64,000 nt of DNA from Macrostomum lignano (taxonomy: Eukaryota). The stretch lies in NCBI GenBank assembly GCA_002269645.1, contig NIVC01002353.1, positions 117,575 to 181,574 of the forward strand. Direction: 5' to 3'. The notes under the pieces are model-generated. The model saw only the letters and a list, made by a program, of their open reading frames with translations. It made no database searches and had not been told where the DNA came from. A program made the translations under genes and the position numbers. Below, piece after piece: positions 9,990 through 22,400 of the stretch; the stretch's first letter is position 1; the number at the start of each line of letters is the position of its first letter.

Positions 9990-12847
9990 CAGCATCGCAT
10001 TCCGGACTACGATGAAGTCCACTACCCGCACCGTCGTGAGCAGGAGCTCAGCAACGTTCTCCAGCACCAGGTATGAAGGGACAATGACCAGAAGTACCCA
10101 TCGACACTATAGAGTTCTCCGATCCTTCCGTTGGGTCAAATTCAAAGTTATCGTCTACCATCCCTCCTGTTTGACAAAGACTTTAAAAGCGATAGTTAAA
10201 TGGCGTCTTCAGATTTATTGGTTTAACTTAACTTAAGCGTCCTGCCCTGACTCCAACCAAACCTGCTTCACCGCCCGAGCAGCAGCAGCTACCGCACTGA
10301 GACGGCCTCGCTGGAGACCCGGAACGTCCGTACGGTTGAGTCCAGCTACAGCTGCCTGTCCAACGAGCAGTTCAGCGGCTTCACGAGGCCAGCCATCATG
10401 GCTACCCATGGCAAGGACGAGTCTTCGGCCAGTCTGCAAGCCGGAGAGGCGGCGGGCGAGACCGAGACTGCCTGGCACAGCTACGTCCGAAGCCTGGAAC
10501 GGCGGCACAGAGAACGGAGCAGCAACAGCGGAGGCAGCCGGGACTGGCCAGCTCTGGCGGGCATTCGAGAGGCTCTGGTGAGGGCGGGGGGCTTGGAATC
10601 CACGCTTACTAGTACAACTGTATAAAGCTCCTGAGCCTGCCAAGCTATCAACTCTGTGATTTCGTCATTTGCGTTTGAAGTAAAGATAAATTAATGATGA
10701 TTCAAAACAGGTTTTAAGAGCTAATTAACAAGATATAATTAACTAAAGTAATAAACAATTATCTGATTGTATGAAGCTGACAACATTGAAAAAAAGAATA
10801 CAACCTTTCAAGGAACTTCAGTGCCCAGAGCCTGTAAATATTTTGCTCAAATAGAACGAGACAAAATATGAAAACTGCAAGCGAGGACACAGAGTGCGAG
10901 CAACCGACAGCAAAAACTTCAAAGGTAAAGCATAAAAGTGGATAAATGTAACGCTAAATGATTGCCTATAGCAACAATCTAATAACAGAAATTTCAGACA
11001 AAATGTCTGGGACTAAAATATAAATAAATATAGTTTAATCAAACAACCTTTTAGGCTCGGGTAAGCGGCAGAAAACTTATTAAATTCTAATTCAACCATC
11101 GGTCATTAGAAATCTTATAAAACTGAAGGGGTTGATTTAATGAACTGCTGTGCCAGCGCTGGGGTCGTCCCTTAAACCATAAAAATTCTCCAAAACGAAG
11201 CCCTGTATGCGGAAGGAATATTTATGGGGGCGAGCTTCAAGGCTGTGCCAAAACGCCTGGGATACAAAATTGTCCTCGGCTTACAGGGCCAACCACAGAG
11301 GCCCAGGTTTTGCGCGTGCCTGACAATGAGAGAAGGTCAGTTGTTCATGTGAGTGGCTGACAACGAGAGAGGGTCAGTTGTTCATGTGAGTGGCTGACAA
11401 TGAGAGAGGGTCAGTTGTTCATGTGAGTGGCTGACAATGAGAAGGTCAGTTGTTCATGTGAGTGGCTGACAATGAGAGAGGGTCAGTTGTTCATGTGAGT
11501 GGCTGACAATGAGAAGGTCAGTTGTTCATGTGAGTGGCTGACAATGAGAGAGGGTCAGTTGTTCATGTGAGTGGCTGACAATGAGGTCAGTTGTTCATGT
11601 GAGTGGCTGACAATGAGAAGGTCAGTTGTCCATGTGAGTGCCTGACAATGAGAAGGTCAGTTGTCCATGTGAGTGCCTGACAATGAGAGGGTCAGTTGTC
11701 CATGTGAGTGGCTGACAGTGAGAAGGTCAGTTGTCCATGTGAGTGCCTGACAACGAGAGAGGGTCAGTTGTCCATGTGAGTGGCTGACAATGAGAAGGTC
11801 AGTTGTCCATGTGAGTGCCTGACAATGAGAGGGTCAGTTGTCCATGTGAGTGGCTGACAGTGAGAAGGTCAGTTGTCCATGTGAGTGGCTGACAATGAGA
11901 AGGTCAGTTGTCCATGTGAGTGGCTGACAATGAGAAGGTCAGTTGTCCATGTGAGTGGCTGACAATGAGAAGGTCAGTTGTCCATGTGAGTGCCTGACAA
12001 TGAGAGGGTCAGTTGTCCATGTGAGTGGCTGACAGTGAGAAGGTCAGTTGTCCATGTGAGTGCATGACAATGCGAAGGTCAGTTGTCCATGTGAGTGCCT
12101 GACAATGCGAAGGTCAGTTGTTCATGTTAGTGCCTGACAATGAGAAGGTCAGTTGTCCATGTTAGTGCCTGACAATGAGAAGGTCAGTTGTCCATGTGAG
12201 TGCCTGACAATGAGAAGGTCAGTTGTCCATGTGAGTGCGTCTTTGAGGTCAGCAAAATGGCCTTTGATTTGAAGCAGCTCACAAGCCCCCAGCGACTAAG
12301 TGCGAGCCCTGATAACCATCTAAACTTACACGTACAGCTTTCGTGCTGGTCCTTGCACGGTTTACCCCAGTGTTGAATCTGGGAAAGTGAAGCAGAAGGA
12401 AGCCACACGCTGCAGAATTCAAACACTGATACGGGAAGCTTTCAGTTTATTAACACTAAACTGGCAATATCTCACCTTCTGGACTTCCGAGTTGCAAAGG
12501 ATTTTGTTTACCTGCATAATTAAAACAATATTGCACGCCAGCAAAGCATAAAATACGGTTGCGTTCTTACTGTTTTCTTTTGAGATTAAATGGGATTATT
12601 CTTCTCTCCTCTCTCATCGCCTCTCCCCTCTCCTCTCTCTCCTCCCAACTCTCCTCTCTTCTCTCTCTAGCCGCAGCCACGCGCTAGATTCAATATCTGG
12701 TCCTTAAGTTAAAAAAGCTTGCCGACCCATGGTCCAGAAGAGATACGCTAAGGTAATAGGAGACAGGAACAGCTGAAATTCATCTGGAACTTTGCCTGCC
12801 CGCGGGTCTCCAGCAGCATTTTCTAAACAATACAGCCTCAACCTCAG
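9990..12847 (+). CDS. Putative exons of an unknown multi-exon gene (about 9990-10070, about 10280-10577, possibly 12671-12752 and 12774-12847)
   Basis: Coding-like frames (HRIPDYDEVHYPHRREQELSNVLQHQ; SSYRTETASLETRNVRTVESSYSCLSNEQFSGF...IREAL) end at donors CAG|GTATGA (10070) and CTG|GTGAGG (10577). A long pyrimidine tract with AG ends at 12670 and is followed by an AAG|GTAATA donor. I could not close the frames consistently. Confidence 0.3.
11318..12238. repeat. Minisatellite, 35-39 bp unit GACAATGAGAAGGTCAGTTGTCCATGTGAGTGGCT, about 25 copies
   Basis: Direct tandem array. Length variation comes from an internal GA run. Confidence 0.95.
12600..12670 (+). repeat. CT-rich polypyrimidine tract ending in AG (probable splice acceptor)
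   Basis: (CTCT)-like run terminating in CTCTCTAG at 12670. Confidence 0.6.
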
Positions 12848-13210
12848 GTAAATCAACCTCGGGCAAAACGCATGCCTGCTTGTTTGCAACTCGGAGGACC
12901 AGAAGGAGAGACATCGGCAATTTGGTGCTAAAAAACGGAAAACTTGCAGCTTTGTTTTGCAACGAAATCGGCCTTGAAGTGTAAATGTATAGCGTCCTTC
13001 TACTGGTTGCCTACGAGCAGATTTGCGGACAGACGACACCAGAAGACGCCCAGATATACAGTATCCGGAGGCACCGATGGCACCTCCATGACGCGGCGTT
13101 GCTAACGATAATCTAAACGAGGTCAAAAATGAATAATTCGAATTCCGAGTTGGAGCCACAACACTGCCACTTGTCTTTGTGGTTCTAAAACCGCATAGCA
13201 ACAAAGACCT

Positions 13211-13975
13211 TCAGAGGCCCAGCAGGCGCGGAACGTCGGCCAGGGAGCTCACAATGTGCGTGGCGCCGGCCTCTCGCAGCAGCTCGGCGTTGCCGACCCC
13301 GCTGAGGACGCCGACGCAGGCGGCAAGTCCGGCGTTGCGGCCAAGTCGCATGTCGGTGCCGGTGTCTCCCACCATGACGGCGCGGGCGGGCGCGGTGCCG
13401 AGCCGGGAGCAGACGGAAAGCGCCGCGCTGGCGTGCGGCTTCGGCTGGACGTCCGGGTCGTCACCGCAGGCCGCCGCACCCACGAGGGACTGCAGGCCGC
13501 CGCGGTCGAGCGCCGCTTCCGTCTCGGCCCGGTCGTCCGAAGTGCAAAGGCCGATGAGGAGTCCCGCAGCGGTCAGTCGCTCGAACGTCTCTCTGGTACC
13601 ATCAATGAAGCGAAGGCGACCGCGGTCAAGCTCGCAGCCGAAGGTGACGCGGCGCACGGTGGCCTCGGCGAGCTCGGCGCTGACACCGCTCTCAACGGCC
13701 AGCTGCACGAGCGCATCAGCGATGTCCTTCTTGGTGCCCTCTGCCAGCAGACCGGGGCCCGTGCGCCGGGTCTCGGGGTCCACACCGAGGCGCCGCAGGA
13801 TGGGCAGTTGAAGGTCCTGACGGTCTAGAAGCCGGGTGATCTCGCTGGCCACCTCCTCGGCCCAGGGCGACCACATGGCATGGAAACAGACCACCGTGCC
13901 GTCCTTGTCAAACAGCACGCAGTTAATGTCGCTGAGAGGCTGCTCCAGCTCCAGCTGCGGGGACTCCACGGGCAT
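13211..13975 (-). CDS. HAD-superfamily phosphatase (subfamily IA, phosphoglycolate-phosphatase-like), 254 aa, intronless
   Basis: Motif I FDKDGT, motif II LCTSD, motif III PKP and motif IV VGDTGTD. ATG at 13975 is preceded by acceptor-like CCTCAG|AAAA. Confidence 0.85.
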   Translation of the reverse strand: MPVESPQLELEQPLSDINCVLFDKDGTVVCFHAMWSPWAEEVASEITRLLDRQDLQLPILRRLGVDPETRRTGPGLLAEGTKKDIADALVQLAVESGVSAELAEATVRRVTFGCELDRGRLRFIDGTRETFERLTAAGLLIGLCTSDDRAETEAALDRGGLQSLVGAAACGDDPDVQPKPHASAALSVCSRLGTAPARAVMVGDTGTDMRLGRNAGLAACVGVLSGVGNAELLREAGATHIVSSLADVPRLLGL

Positions 13976-14591
13976 TTTTCTGAGGCTTATCAGGCGCACA
14001 CTTTGAGAGGCCGAGACGGGAAGCTCAGCGCAGGCTGGGCGCTTCGTTTAAAGTTGCGGAGCTCCGCTGTCCAGCTAGGATTCTTGGTCACGTGATCCGA
14101 ATGGAAGCCGAGAAATCTGCAGCAAGTTGCTCAGGAGAACTTTTCCTTCCTCTCTGCACTCTGTCCCCTGAGTACACTGGTGCACTCTGAATCGGTCGGG
14201 CAGGCAGAGATGGAGAAAGCGCTGAGCTGCTCCTGTGCGGGAGGATCTGGATTGAACTGGCTGGGGAGGCTGTGATGAAGGATGAAGGCTGGGCTTTCAA
14301 GTGCTCTGCTTGCCTGCCTAAGAAGTGACAAGATGCACTTAGGAGAGAAAAAATTCTTTGAGTTCGTCAGCTTTCGCAAGTATTTCTCCTCCGCGCACAA
14401 TGTCTACTGCGGAAGAAGTGCTGCAAATGTATTTGAAAATCTCTGGAATCAACCTACTGATTTTCATGTATTTAAATTTGTTTAAATTCACTAAATTTTA
14501 CTATGGAAAACTATTTTTCATCTCGTTGATGCTCGAATTGTGACAGTAACCAATGAAAATAATTTAATGATATGTGAAGCAGTTGTAGAGT

Positions 14592-16819
14592 CTACGAGCC
14601 GTCCGAAGTGCCGGCCTGGCCATTCTTAGGCGAAGAAGGCCGGCGCCACCTGAGGCCGCCGCCTCCGTCGCCGTCGGACCGGAAGCCGGCCGCAATGGCC
14701 TCGATGGGGCGGCCCTTGGTCTCGGGCAGGCAGCAGAACAGGAACAGCAGGAAGGCGGCCGTCAGGACGGAGAACGGCAGGAACAGCAGGCTACCCAGGT
14801 GCTTCACGAGCACCGGGAACACCAGACCGACCGCGAAGTTGGCCAGCCAGTTCACCAGCACTCCGATGGCGTTGGCCGCCGACCGCGCCTCCTGCTGGAA
14901 CATCTCCGAGAGCATCAGCCAGGGGATGGAGCCCGGGCCCAGAGCGAAGAACACCACAATGAGCAGGGCAAAGCAGATGCTGGCGTAGGTGAGAGCGCCG
15001 GCCGGCGTGGCGGCTGCGCTGCGGCTGTGCAGGCTGAAGCAGATGGTGAAGCCCACGGAGCTGACGAGCACGCCGAGCAGGCCGGTCAGGTGCAGGCAGC
15101 GCCGGCCCGCCCGGTCCATCAGCGGCACCGTCACGCCGGTCATCGCCACCATCACGCAGCCGACAGCCACCGTGGCAAACTTTGACGCCTGCGGACTGGC
15201 GCCGGCCGCCACGAACAGGTCGCTGGAGTAATAGAAGATCACGTTGATGCCGGACAGCTGCTGGGACAGGTGCAGCACTAGGCCGATGAGCAGCGGCCGG
15301 CGGAGCTCCGGCTGGGAGCAGAGCTTCGCCGCCGTTGCTGACGATGAGGCCGACGACCCAGCGGACCGCTCGGCGTCGATCTCGGCCAGCTCCGCGTCCA
15401 CGAAATCGTGACCCCGTAGAGTGGCCAGCGCGGACCGGGCTGCTGCCTCAGAGCGCCGGGTGAGCAGGAGGTGGCGCGGGCTCTCCGGGCAGCAGGGCAG
15501 CAACGCCAGCTGCAGGAGGCAGGGCGCGGCTGACAGGGCGAACAGCAGCGGCCAGAGGCCCGGCCGCCCCAGCAGCGAGTCGGTGCTGGCTACCTGGGAC
15601 AGCAGAAGTCCGGACACCACGCCGAGCTGGTTGAGCACGCCGAAGCCGCCGCGGAGTCGCCTGGGCGCGGTCTCGCTGATGTAGAGCGGCACAACGCTGG
15701 TGTACACGGCGCTGCAGAACCCGGTGGCGAGGCGACCCAGCACCAGCAGCTCTGGACTGGAGGCGACGCTCGACACGCTGCAGGCGATGGCGGCCGCGAT
15801 GCCGAAGCCGCTGTTGCCGAGCAGTGCGCGGGAGCGGCCGAGCCTGCAGGAGAATGGGGAAGCCAGGTGGTGCGCTGTAGCAGTGCAGCATGGACTTTTG
15901 TAACTAAAGGCAGGCAGTCACTGCCATCCAAAAAGCGAAAAGTGCTTCCTTAGGCCCAGTAGGACTTTGCACAGCGGGTTCAAATTCTACTACTTGTCAG
16001 TAAAATACACTGCCCACTTGTCTCTATGCAGATGTGCCAGTAGTGCGCTATAGTAGTACGAAAGACCAGGATTGTTTGTGTTATTTTGTGCGCTGCATGA
16101 GCTCAGGAATGTTCCGCCGAGCCCGAGGAGATAAGTGTTCTCATAATTAATACAATGTGCAGCCGGCTACTGCAGCGAGTGCGAACCAGATTGCGCCAGT
16201 GCAGGTCAGTTAGCACGTTGTTGGAAGCACGTGTTCCAAGTGAGTCACTGCTCTGACAAGCCTTATGAACATTTCCGACAATTTTGTGTACGTAAACAGT
16301 CAACAAGTTCTTGTTCCCCTGCCTGTCGATACCAAATACATGTAGGCTTTCGGTACTCAGGAAAGACTCAAAGCGATCATGCAGATCAACAAAATAATTA
16401 CACATTAGAGACACCCACCGGAGACTCACTCAACCTCAAATCAGAACACAGAACTCAACCTGCCCACACCTGTCAGCGAGGCAGCCGCCAGTCAGGGCGC
16501 CGCCCATGCCTCCAATGGCGAAGATGGAGACCACGAGAGACCACAGCAGCTCCAGCTGGTAGTCGCTCAGCTGCCGGTCGAACCGGTCCGCCACAGACTG
16601 GTTGAGAAAGCTGACGATGCCGTCCTTGGGGTTGTTGATGACGCCGGTGTTCCAGCCGAAGTGGACGGCGCCCCAGAAGGCGGCCAGCACGGAGAGCGCC
16701 AGGCGCCAAGTGACTCGGTCGCGACTGTCCTGAACTGCGCTGACAGCCGCTTCGGGGGCGGCTTTGGGGGCCGCCTGAGAGGGGGAGAGCAGCTTCTGCT
16801 CGGAACGCTCGCTCTCCAT
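14592..16819 (-). CDS. SLC2A: Facilitated sugar transporter (SLC2A/GLUT class I-like), 2 coding exons (16819-16470, 15843-14592), about 533 aa
   Basis: Motifs FGWNTGVIN, SIFAIGGM, PLYISETAP..LRG, PESPR, QQLSGIN..FYYS, DRAGRR, GPGSIPW, N W.ANF.VG and LPETKG. Phase-2 intron AG|GTGTGG...CCTGCAG|G restores ADR-LGR. Confidence 0.93.
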
Positions 16820-19187
16820 CGGAAACTATGCCGGCTCTCTGACTAGTGCACTACCTGCTGTAGTGAGTCTGGTTGCTCTCTGTGTTATCTTCTCTCTCCT
16901 CTTGCCCAGCTCTGTCTCAGTTTGTCACCCAGCCCACTTTTATTGGCACGACTGACGCGTCTCGCCAGTGCGCCGGCGGCCACCCCTCCGCCAAGACAAG
17001 AGCCACTCCGGAGTAGGCAGCGAGAAGATGACCCACATTTAGCTCTGCAGGCCCTCTGGAGCCTCCTACCCAGCCGTTTCCCTCCTCGCCTTCCCTCCGC
17101 TGCTCTCAGACAGCAGCTCTCTTCCGGTTGAACGGCCGGAATGGTTTGCTTGCATCGAGCAGGCAGATGGATCAGCGTCAAACTACAGTTTCCTGTACCG
17201 CCTTGAGCTTAGGGATTAATGCCTGCCTTCCTGTCTGAACCGGTTCAAAGTCACTTCTCTGCAAGCCTCTGTGAGCAATACCATGTGAAAGACCTACGTG
17301 AAAAATACGGTTGCCGAGAAAGTAGAGTAAATTTGCTTTTCAATCCCATAGAAATGCAAACAGACTGCAAGCAGAAGAGAAAGAGAAGCATCTTATCAAG
17401 TCCTTCAATTTCGGTTTACAGACAACTCGGCAAGCTGCTGGGTCGGCCAGCTGCAGAGCCCCAGGGGGTCGAGCCAGAATCTTCTTTGTGAACGAATTAT
17501 GCCCCCCCCCCTCACTAACCCGGCACGACCTCCTCCAGGAGCCGCTTATTGGCCCGAATTTCGACACTCTTAAAAATTGTTTCAATTAAAACAAAACGCA
17601 AACTCTCTTCGCACGATCCAGAGAGGAAAATGTTTCATTTGAGTATTTACGGTAACCAGAAAGGCTGCTTGAGTTCAACTCTTCTGTAACAGTAATATAC
17701 AGCATAATTAAATAATAATAATGAAAACAGCAAGGCTTATTTATGTATCCGTTTAATGCGTGTGCTGCTTTAATGCGTGTCAAAACAAACGATCGAAAGC
17801 CTATCCATAGAATTCTAGATAACGCCGCCTGTTATATCTGTTAGTTATCTAGAATTCTATGGCCTATCATAGGCTGACAAGCGACAAAGGTTAAAGCCAT
17901 TCTCCGATTGATCCTCTATGCTGGGATTTTCATCCTCTGTCACTTCATTCGGGTCCATGAGAATTGCCCGCAGACGAATTGCCCGCCGAGGTTTTCCCCG
18001 CAATGCTTTTTTCTGCAGCGCATTTAGCAATGTTTAGTAAGTTTTAATAAAGAGATTAACGTTTCGATGGTAACTGCATATCAAATACTTATTTTTCTTG
18101 TTTTCATTTCTGTATGCATACAGGGCTACATCTGTGAGCTATCAATTCATGCATATGCCATGTCGATTTGTCTCCTAAATCTCTTTATTAAGACTTGCTA
18201 CGAGCTAAGTATGGGGGGGGGCAATTAAGGCAAAAGCTGCCGCATTGCTGGCAAATCTCGTGCTCCCATTTAAACGTCTTTAACGTTTCAGTAAATTAAA
18301 GCAGGCTTTAAGCGAATGGAATAAGATCGAGTATAACTCATAACTAACGCCAATTTAATGCTACTACTGATGTATTGCACTCATATTCCAGCTGATACAT
18401 AGTTAGTTCGGAGACCCTCAAACGTTATGAATCAATAAGTCATGCTGGTGCTCAGTCTTACCCTTGGTTCCCACCAGCCAGCGGAAGCGATAATAGATGT
18501 TAAACTATCGCGTTATTAATAATACGAGCCAATTCCCCCACACACAAACCCTACAAAAGTTTTCAGCATCAGATGACGCGCCGTTCCCAGACTCGCAATT
18601 CCGGTTGATTCCCACGGAACCCCTCGCTGGTGCGTCAGCTGAAGTAACATGGTATTAAATATATAGCTGAATCCCCGCCCCACATAAAACACATAAAGAC
18701 ACTTTAAAGTGGAAGCAGACTTTTAGGGCGGCCTGCATTCGCCCTTTACAATGCCGTCATCAAGCTTTTGTAAGAGTGCAGCTATCCACAACTGCCACTC
18801 TCCACCATGCTCTGATAACACTGCACTTTTCCGAATTCCCTAATCTATTCTTAATAGTCTCTAGTACAACTCACTCAGGTTCATCTGCCCTTCATGTCTG
18901 TGTTAACTCTGTCGAGCCTAATCTTCAGTACAACTCACTGAGCCACCTACCTGTCTTCCGCTCGGCTGCCTTCTGATTGATTTATCACCTCGTCCCTCTT
19001 GGGTTATCGCCTCTTCTCTAGTTAAGATGAAAACATCGAGAATAAACATGAAATACGAGAGCATGCCAGATGCAAAAGAAGTCAAATGCATTCTGCGGCC
19101 TCGTATTAAAAGCCTTGCTCTCTTTTTCACCTAAAAGTGTCTTTTTCACCTTGCATTTCACCTCAACGACTCTTCTCATGCCCGCAG

Positions 19188-19475
19188 CTGGAGGCCAGCG
19201 CGCTGGACTGCAAGCTGGCCAGGCAGCTGCATCAGCTGGCCAGCGGACTGGCGCAGCTTCGTCGGACAGCCGCCAGTCTCTCCAGCCAGCAGCGGCAGCT
19301 GCTGCTCAGCGACTTCGACGCGGATGAAGACGGCAGCAGCCTCGAAGGGGACGATGCTGGAAACAGCAGCAGCATCGACGATGATCGAGAGGCCAGCGAG
19401 CCGGAGTCGAGCAAGGAGAGCTCGCCGAAGATGGCAGCCAATGCCAGCAGCTCAAGCAGCTCTGGTGGCAGCTAA
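19188..19475 (+). CDS. Probable exon of an unknown protein (short coiled coil plus acidic/Ser tail), faintly FAM167-like
   Basis: Acceptor CCCGCAG|CTG at 19187 and GC-rich codons. LDCKLARQLHQL resembles the FAM167 D.QLARQL core (weak recall). Confidence 0.4.
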   Translation: MEASALDCKLARQLHQLASGLAQLRRTAASLSSQQRQLLLSDFDADEDGSSLEGDDAGNSSSIDDDREASEPESSKESSPKMAANASSSSSSGGS

Positions 19476-22400
19476 GATGAAACTCCTAAAAGGAACGAAA
19501 ACCATATGCAGCAAGCCTCCAGTACAATATTCCGACGTCCACCAGGGTTTCCGACGTACCCCGCGACTCGTAGAGGTCTGTGGCAAATGGTGCACTTTTA
19601 ACATCAAGCAGGTAATGCTGACATACAAAAAACTTTTTTACTTTTACTGATGTCACAAACCATTTGTTTTCACCCCGTCTTGAGTACTTATTACCAACGC
19701 TGCTGAGCGTCGTCCTAATTTAATAGTACACATTTACCATCGATGCCGGATTCCTGTACGGACCGGTTGCTTTTGTGCACCTGGATGGCTCTTATTTGCA
19801 TATCGTAAACCTGTATAATGTGCTAGTTAGTTTAATTTTAGCGTAAAAACAACCCATTTTTCTTGACTATGTGGTTGAATGGCTTCAGCTAGTAAAATTC
19901 CAATTTGCGCTATCGTGTTTGTCAGCCGCTCCAGCCTATTGCGCCTGAACTGCCTTTCATTTGCATGATTACATGCACATTTGTGGAAATTTTGCGGGTC
20001 TCAAACTTGAGCAGTCGATAGACTCGATACGAGCTTAGTTGTGCCTGTTCTTCTGTCGGTGTTTTTACAGCATACGTGCAATTAATCACTTCTTTATACA
20101 TGCCAGGAACAAAATGCGGCAAGAGGTTATCAGATCAGCATAAATTAGCATGCGTGAAATTGGCTGTGTCAAACAGGAAAGATACTGAAGTCTGCATTTA
20201 CACCTTTGATTCCACAACAATTACCGCATGCTAGTATAGACGTCGACTTGTAGGTTGTAGGCAAGTCTACAACTCTAGATAGATACAGCAAATAACAAAT
20301 GCATGGGTTTGGCCTTCTAAAACCTTTGATCTGAGGCTTTCCGGGGCTGAGCGCTCTGGCCTCCAAACTCCTGTCAGATGGATTGCTAGCTACATGTAAG
20401 AGAAGACAGCGAGAGACAAGCAGGGAGAATTCGAAACAGATTGAAACCAGCTAATCCAGAGATTAAGCTAATCCGTTGCCACCAACCCATGCGAACTGGC
20501 TCCCCAAACCTCACCAAAAAAAGCCTTTATGTACTTGCACGCTTTGGCTTGAAATGTTTCGACTCGTCCAGCAGATACGAGCGTAGCGCTGATGCAGAAC
20601 TATCGGAGCCTTTAAGCGACTAACTCGATCTAATCCTACCGCTTCGCTAAAGTACATGCCTTCAATCTACTGCAACCTTCGCCTCAATATAGCCCGCCGC
20701 CCACCTCAGCTTTCCTCCTAAATTAACAATTTCTTCAAACTGAGTCGGGGAAAATACTCTGCAAAAGTGAAAACTATCCAGCTACCTGAAAGAAAGATTG
20801 TCGGACAAAATGTGCACCCGATTGAAAGTCTCTCGCTAACCAATCAGGGTGTCAAGCTGCCGCGGTGACAGGGAAGTCCACAATGACCGAGACAACCAGG
20901 CAGCTAGGGTGCCTCTCTTATGTGACGACTGACGTGCATGTACATGTAGATTCTGGGAGTCTAGAGCCTGGAGCTATGGGGGCGTTTTGACCCAAGCGCT
21001 TCGTCCGGTGTGTCCGGTGGGTACCGGAGCCGTTTAGCAGGAGCGTAACCCGAAGCGGAGACCAATTATATGCTATATTTATGGTTAAATAGAGGTTGCC
21101 GCTGTTGACTTTTAGTGCTTTTTTATTTAGTTGGAATGGTGAAAATATAATGCTGTTGCGGTCTTGAATAGTCTCCCATGCCAGCGGCCGATTTGTTATA
21201 CCAAGCGTCGAATTTTCTCATTGGACGAGTCGCTTTTTATACTCGATCGACGTCGAATTATCAGTTGATTTGAGGAACCCGGAAGACGTTAGCTTGATTC
21301 TGATTGGCTGAGAGCTCCAGACCCTAAATCCCTCTTTACCGGGCGACCTCTCAGATACCAGGGAACTTAGGTGCCAAAATGCCAAAATCAGAGCCAAAAG
21401 TGACAGCTAGATGATTTTAAATCATAAAAACTGTCAAAAAGTCCGCGATTGGTGCACATGATCACGCTTACCCCGTCCCGCCTGGTTGAGGGATAGATGC
21501 GCGTCACTTTAGTCAGCCAGCCAAAAGTGATAATTTAAAGTCTTACCTCTAATTGAGCAGTACCTCACCACACGCTGTCTCGCTATGTGTATAAGATAAA
21601 TGAATCGCACCACTTCTCTTCGTTCCTTTTCTGAGAATGATAATTCCCGTGCAGCCTTCATTTGCTCTTTCATTAGCCTCGATCCATCATCATGCCTCTG
21701 TCATGATCCCCATCATATATACCCCCATCTTATCTCAAAAGATATCTCAAAAGATAGCCAAAGTACGGAGGATCACTTTTCCATTCTCTTGGCGCCAAAA
21801 GTGTCATATAGGTGACCATCAACCAAAATTGGACAGAACGTAGATCTTTATATGTAAAAAACTTGGCAAAAAAATCTCAAAAAAAATACATTTAAAGTAG
21901 CTTTTCAAAGCTCTCCAAAACAGCTCTCCAAATCTTTTAAAAATGACAGACTCAAACAATTCCTACTCTTGTTTAAATTTGTTTAAATTTCTTAATGCTC
22001 CAGGCGCGTTTCTTCAACTCATTTCTTCATTTTTTGGAAAACCTATTATTAGTTCATGGAATCTTTATTGCAGTGTGTTGTTTTGTTTTGTAAGCTTCAA
22101 AATTTAATCAAATACTTATATCGAGCGCTTTAGGACGTAGTTTCTTACTTAATATTATTTGAACATCATGAAATAGCATAATTATAGCTTGTAAAGTGTT
22201 AGCTCTATCTCTCTTTTATTTTATGGTCTTGCAGCTTAGCTAGAGATTTTTTTAAGTTTCCACTAAATCTTAACTTATTTAAGTACTAATACTAATAGGT
22301 TCAGTTTCAATCCTTCTGAACATTATACTATTTCTCTTTAGTACTAAGTGTCACAGTGTGCTTTATTACATATGATATGATTGATCTCTTTCTATCACCA

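Noticed and set aside
13179-15931. Many overlapping Arg/Pro/Ala-rich ORFs opposite the HAD and GLUT genes (likewise around the BTB, ATPase and RABGGTB exons)
   Set aside because: Shadow ORFs expected from very high GC3; no independent motifs or splice signals.
15951-16000. tRNA gene in the GLUT intron (A-box/B-box-like motifs)
   Set aside because: Spacing is too short and there is no cloverleaf; at most a SINE remnant.
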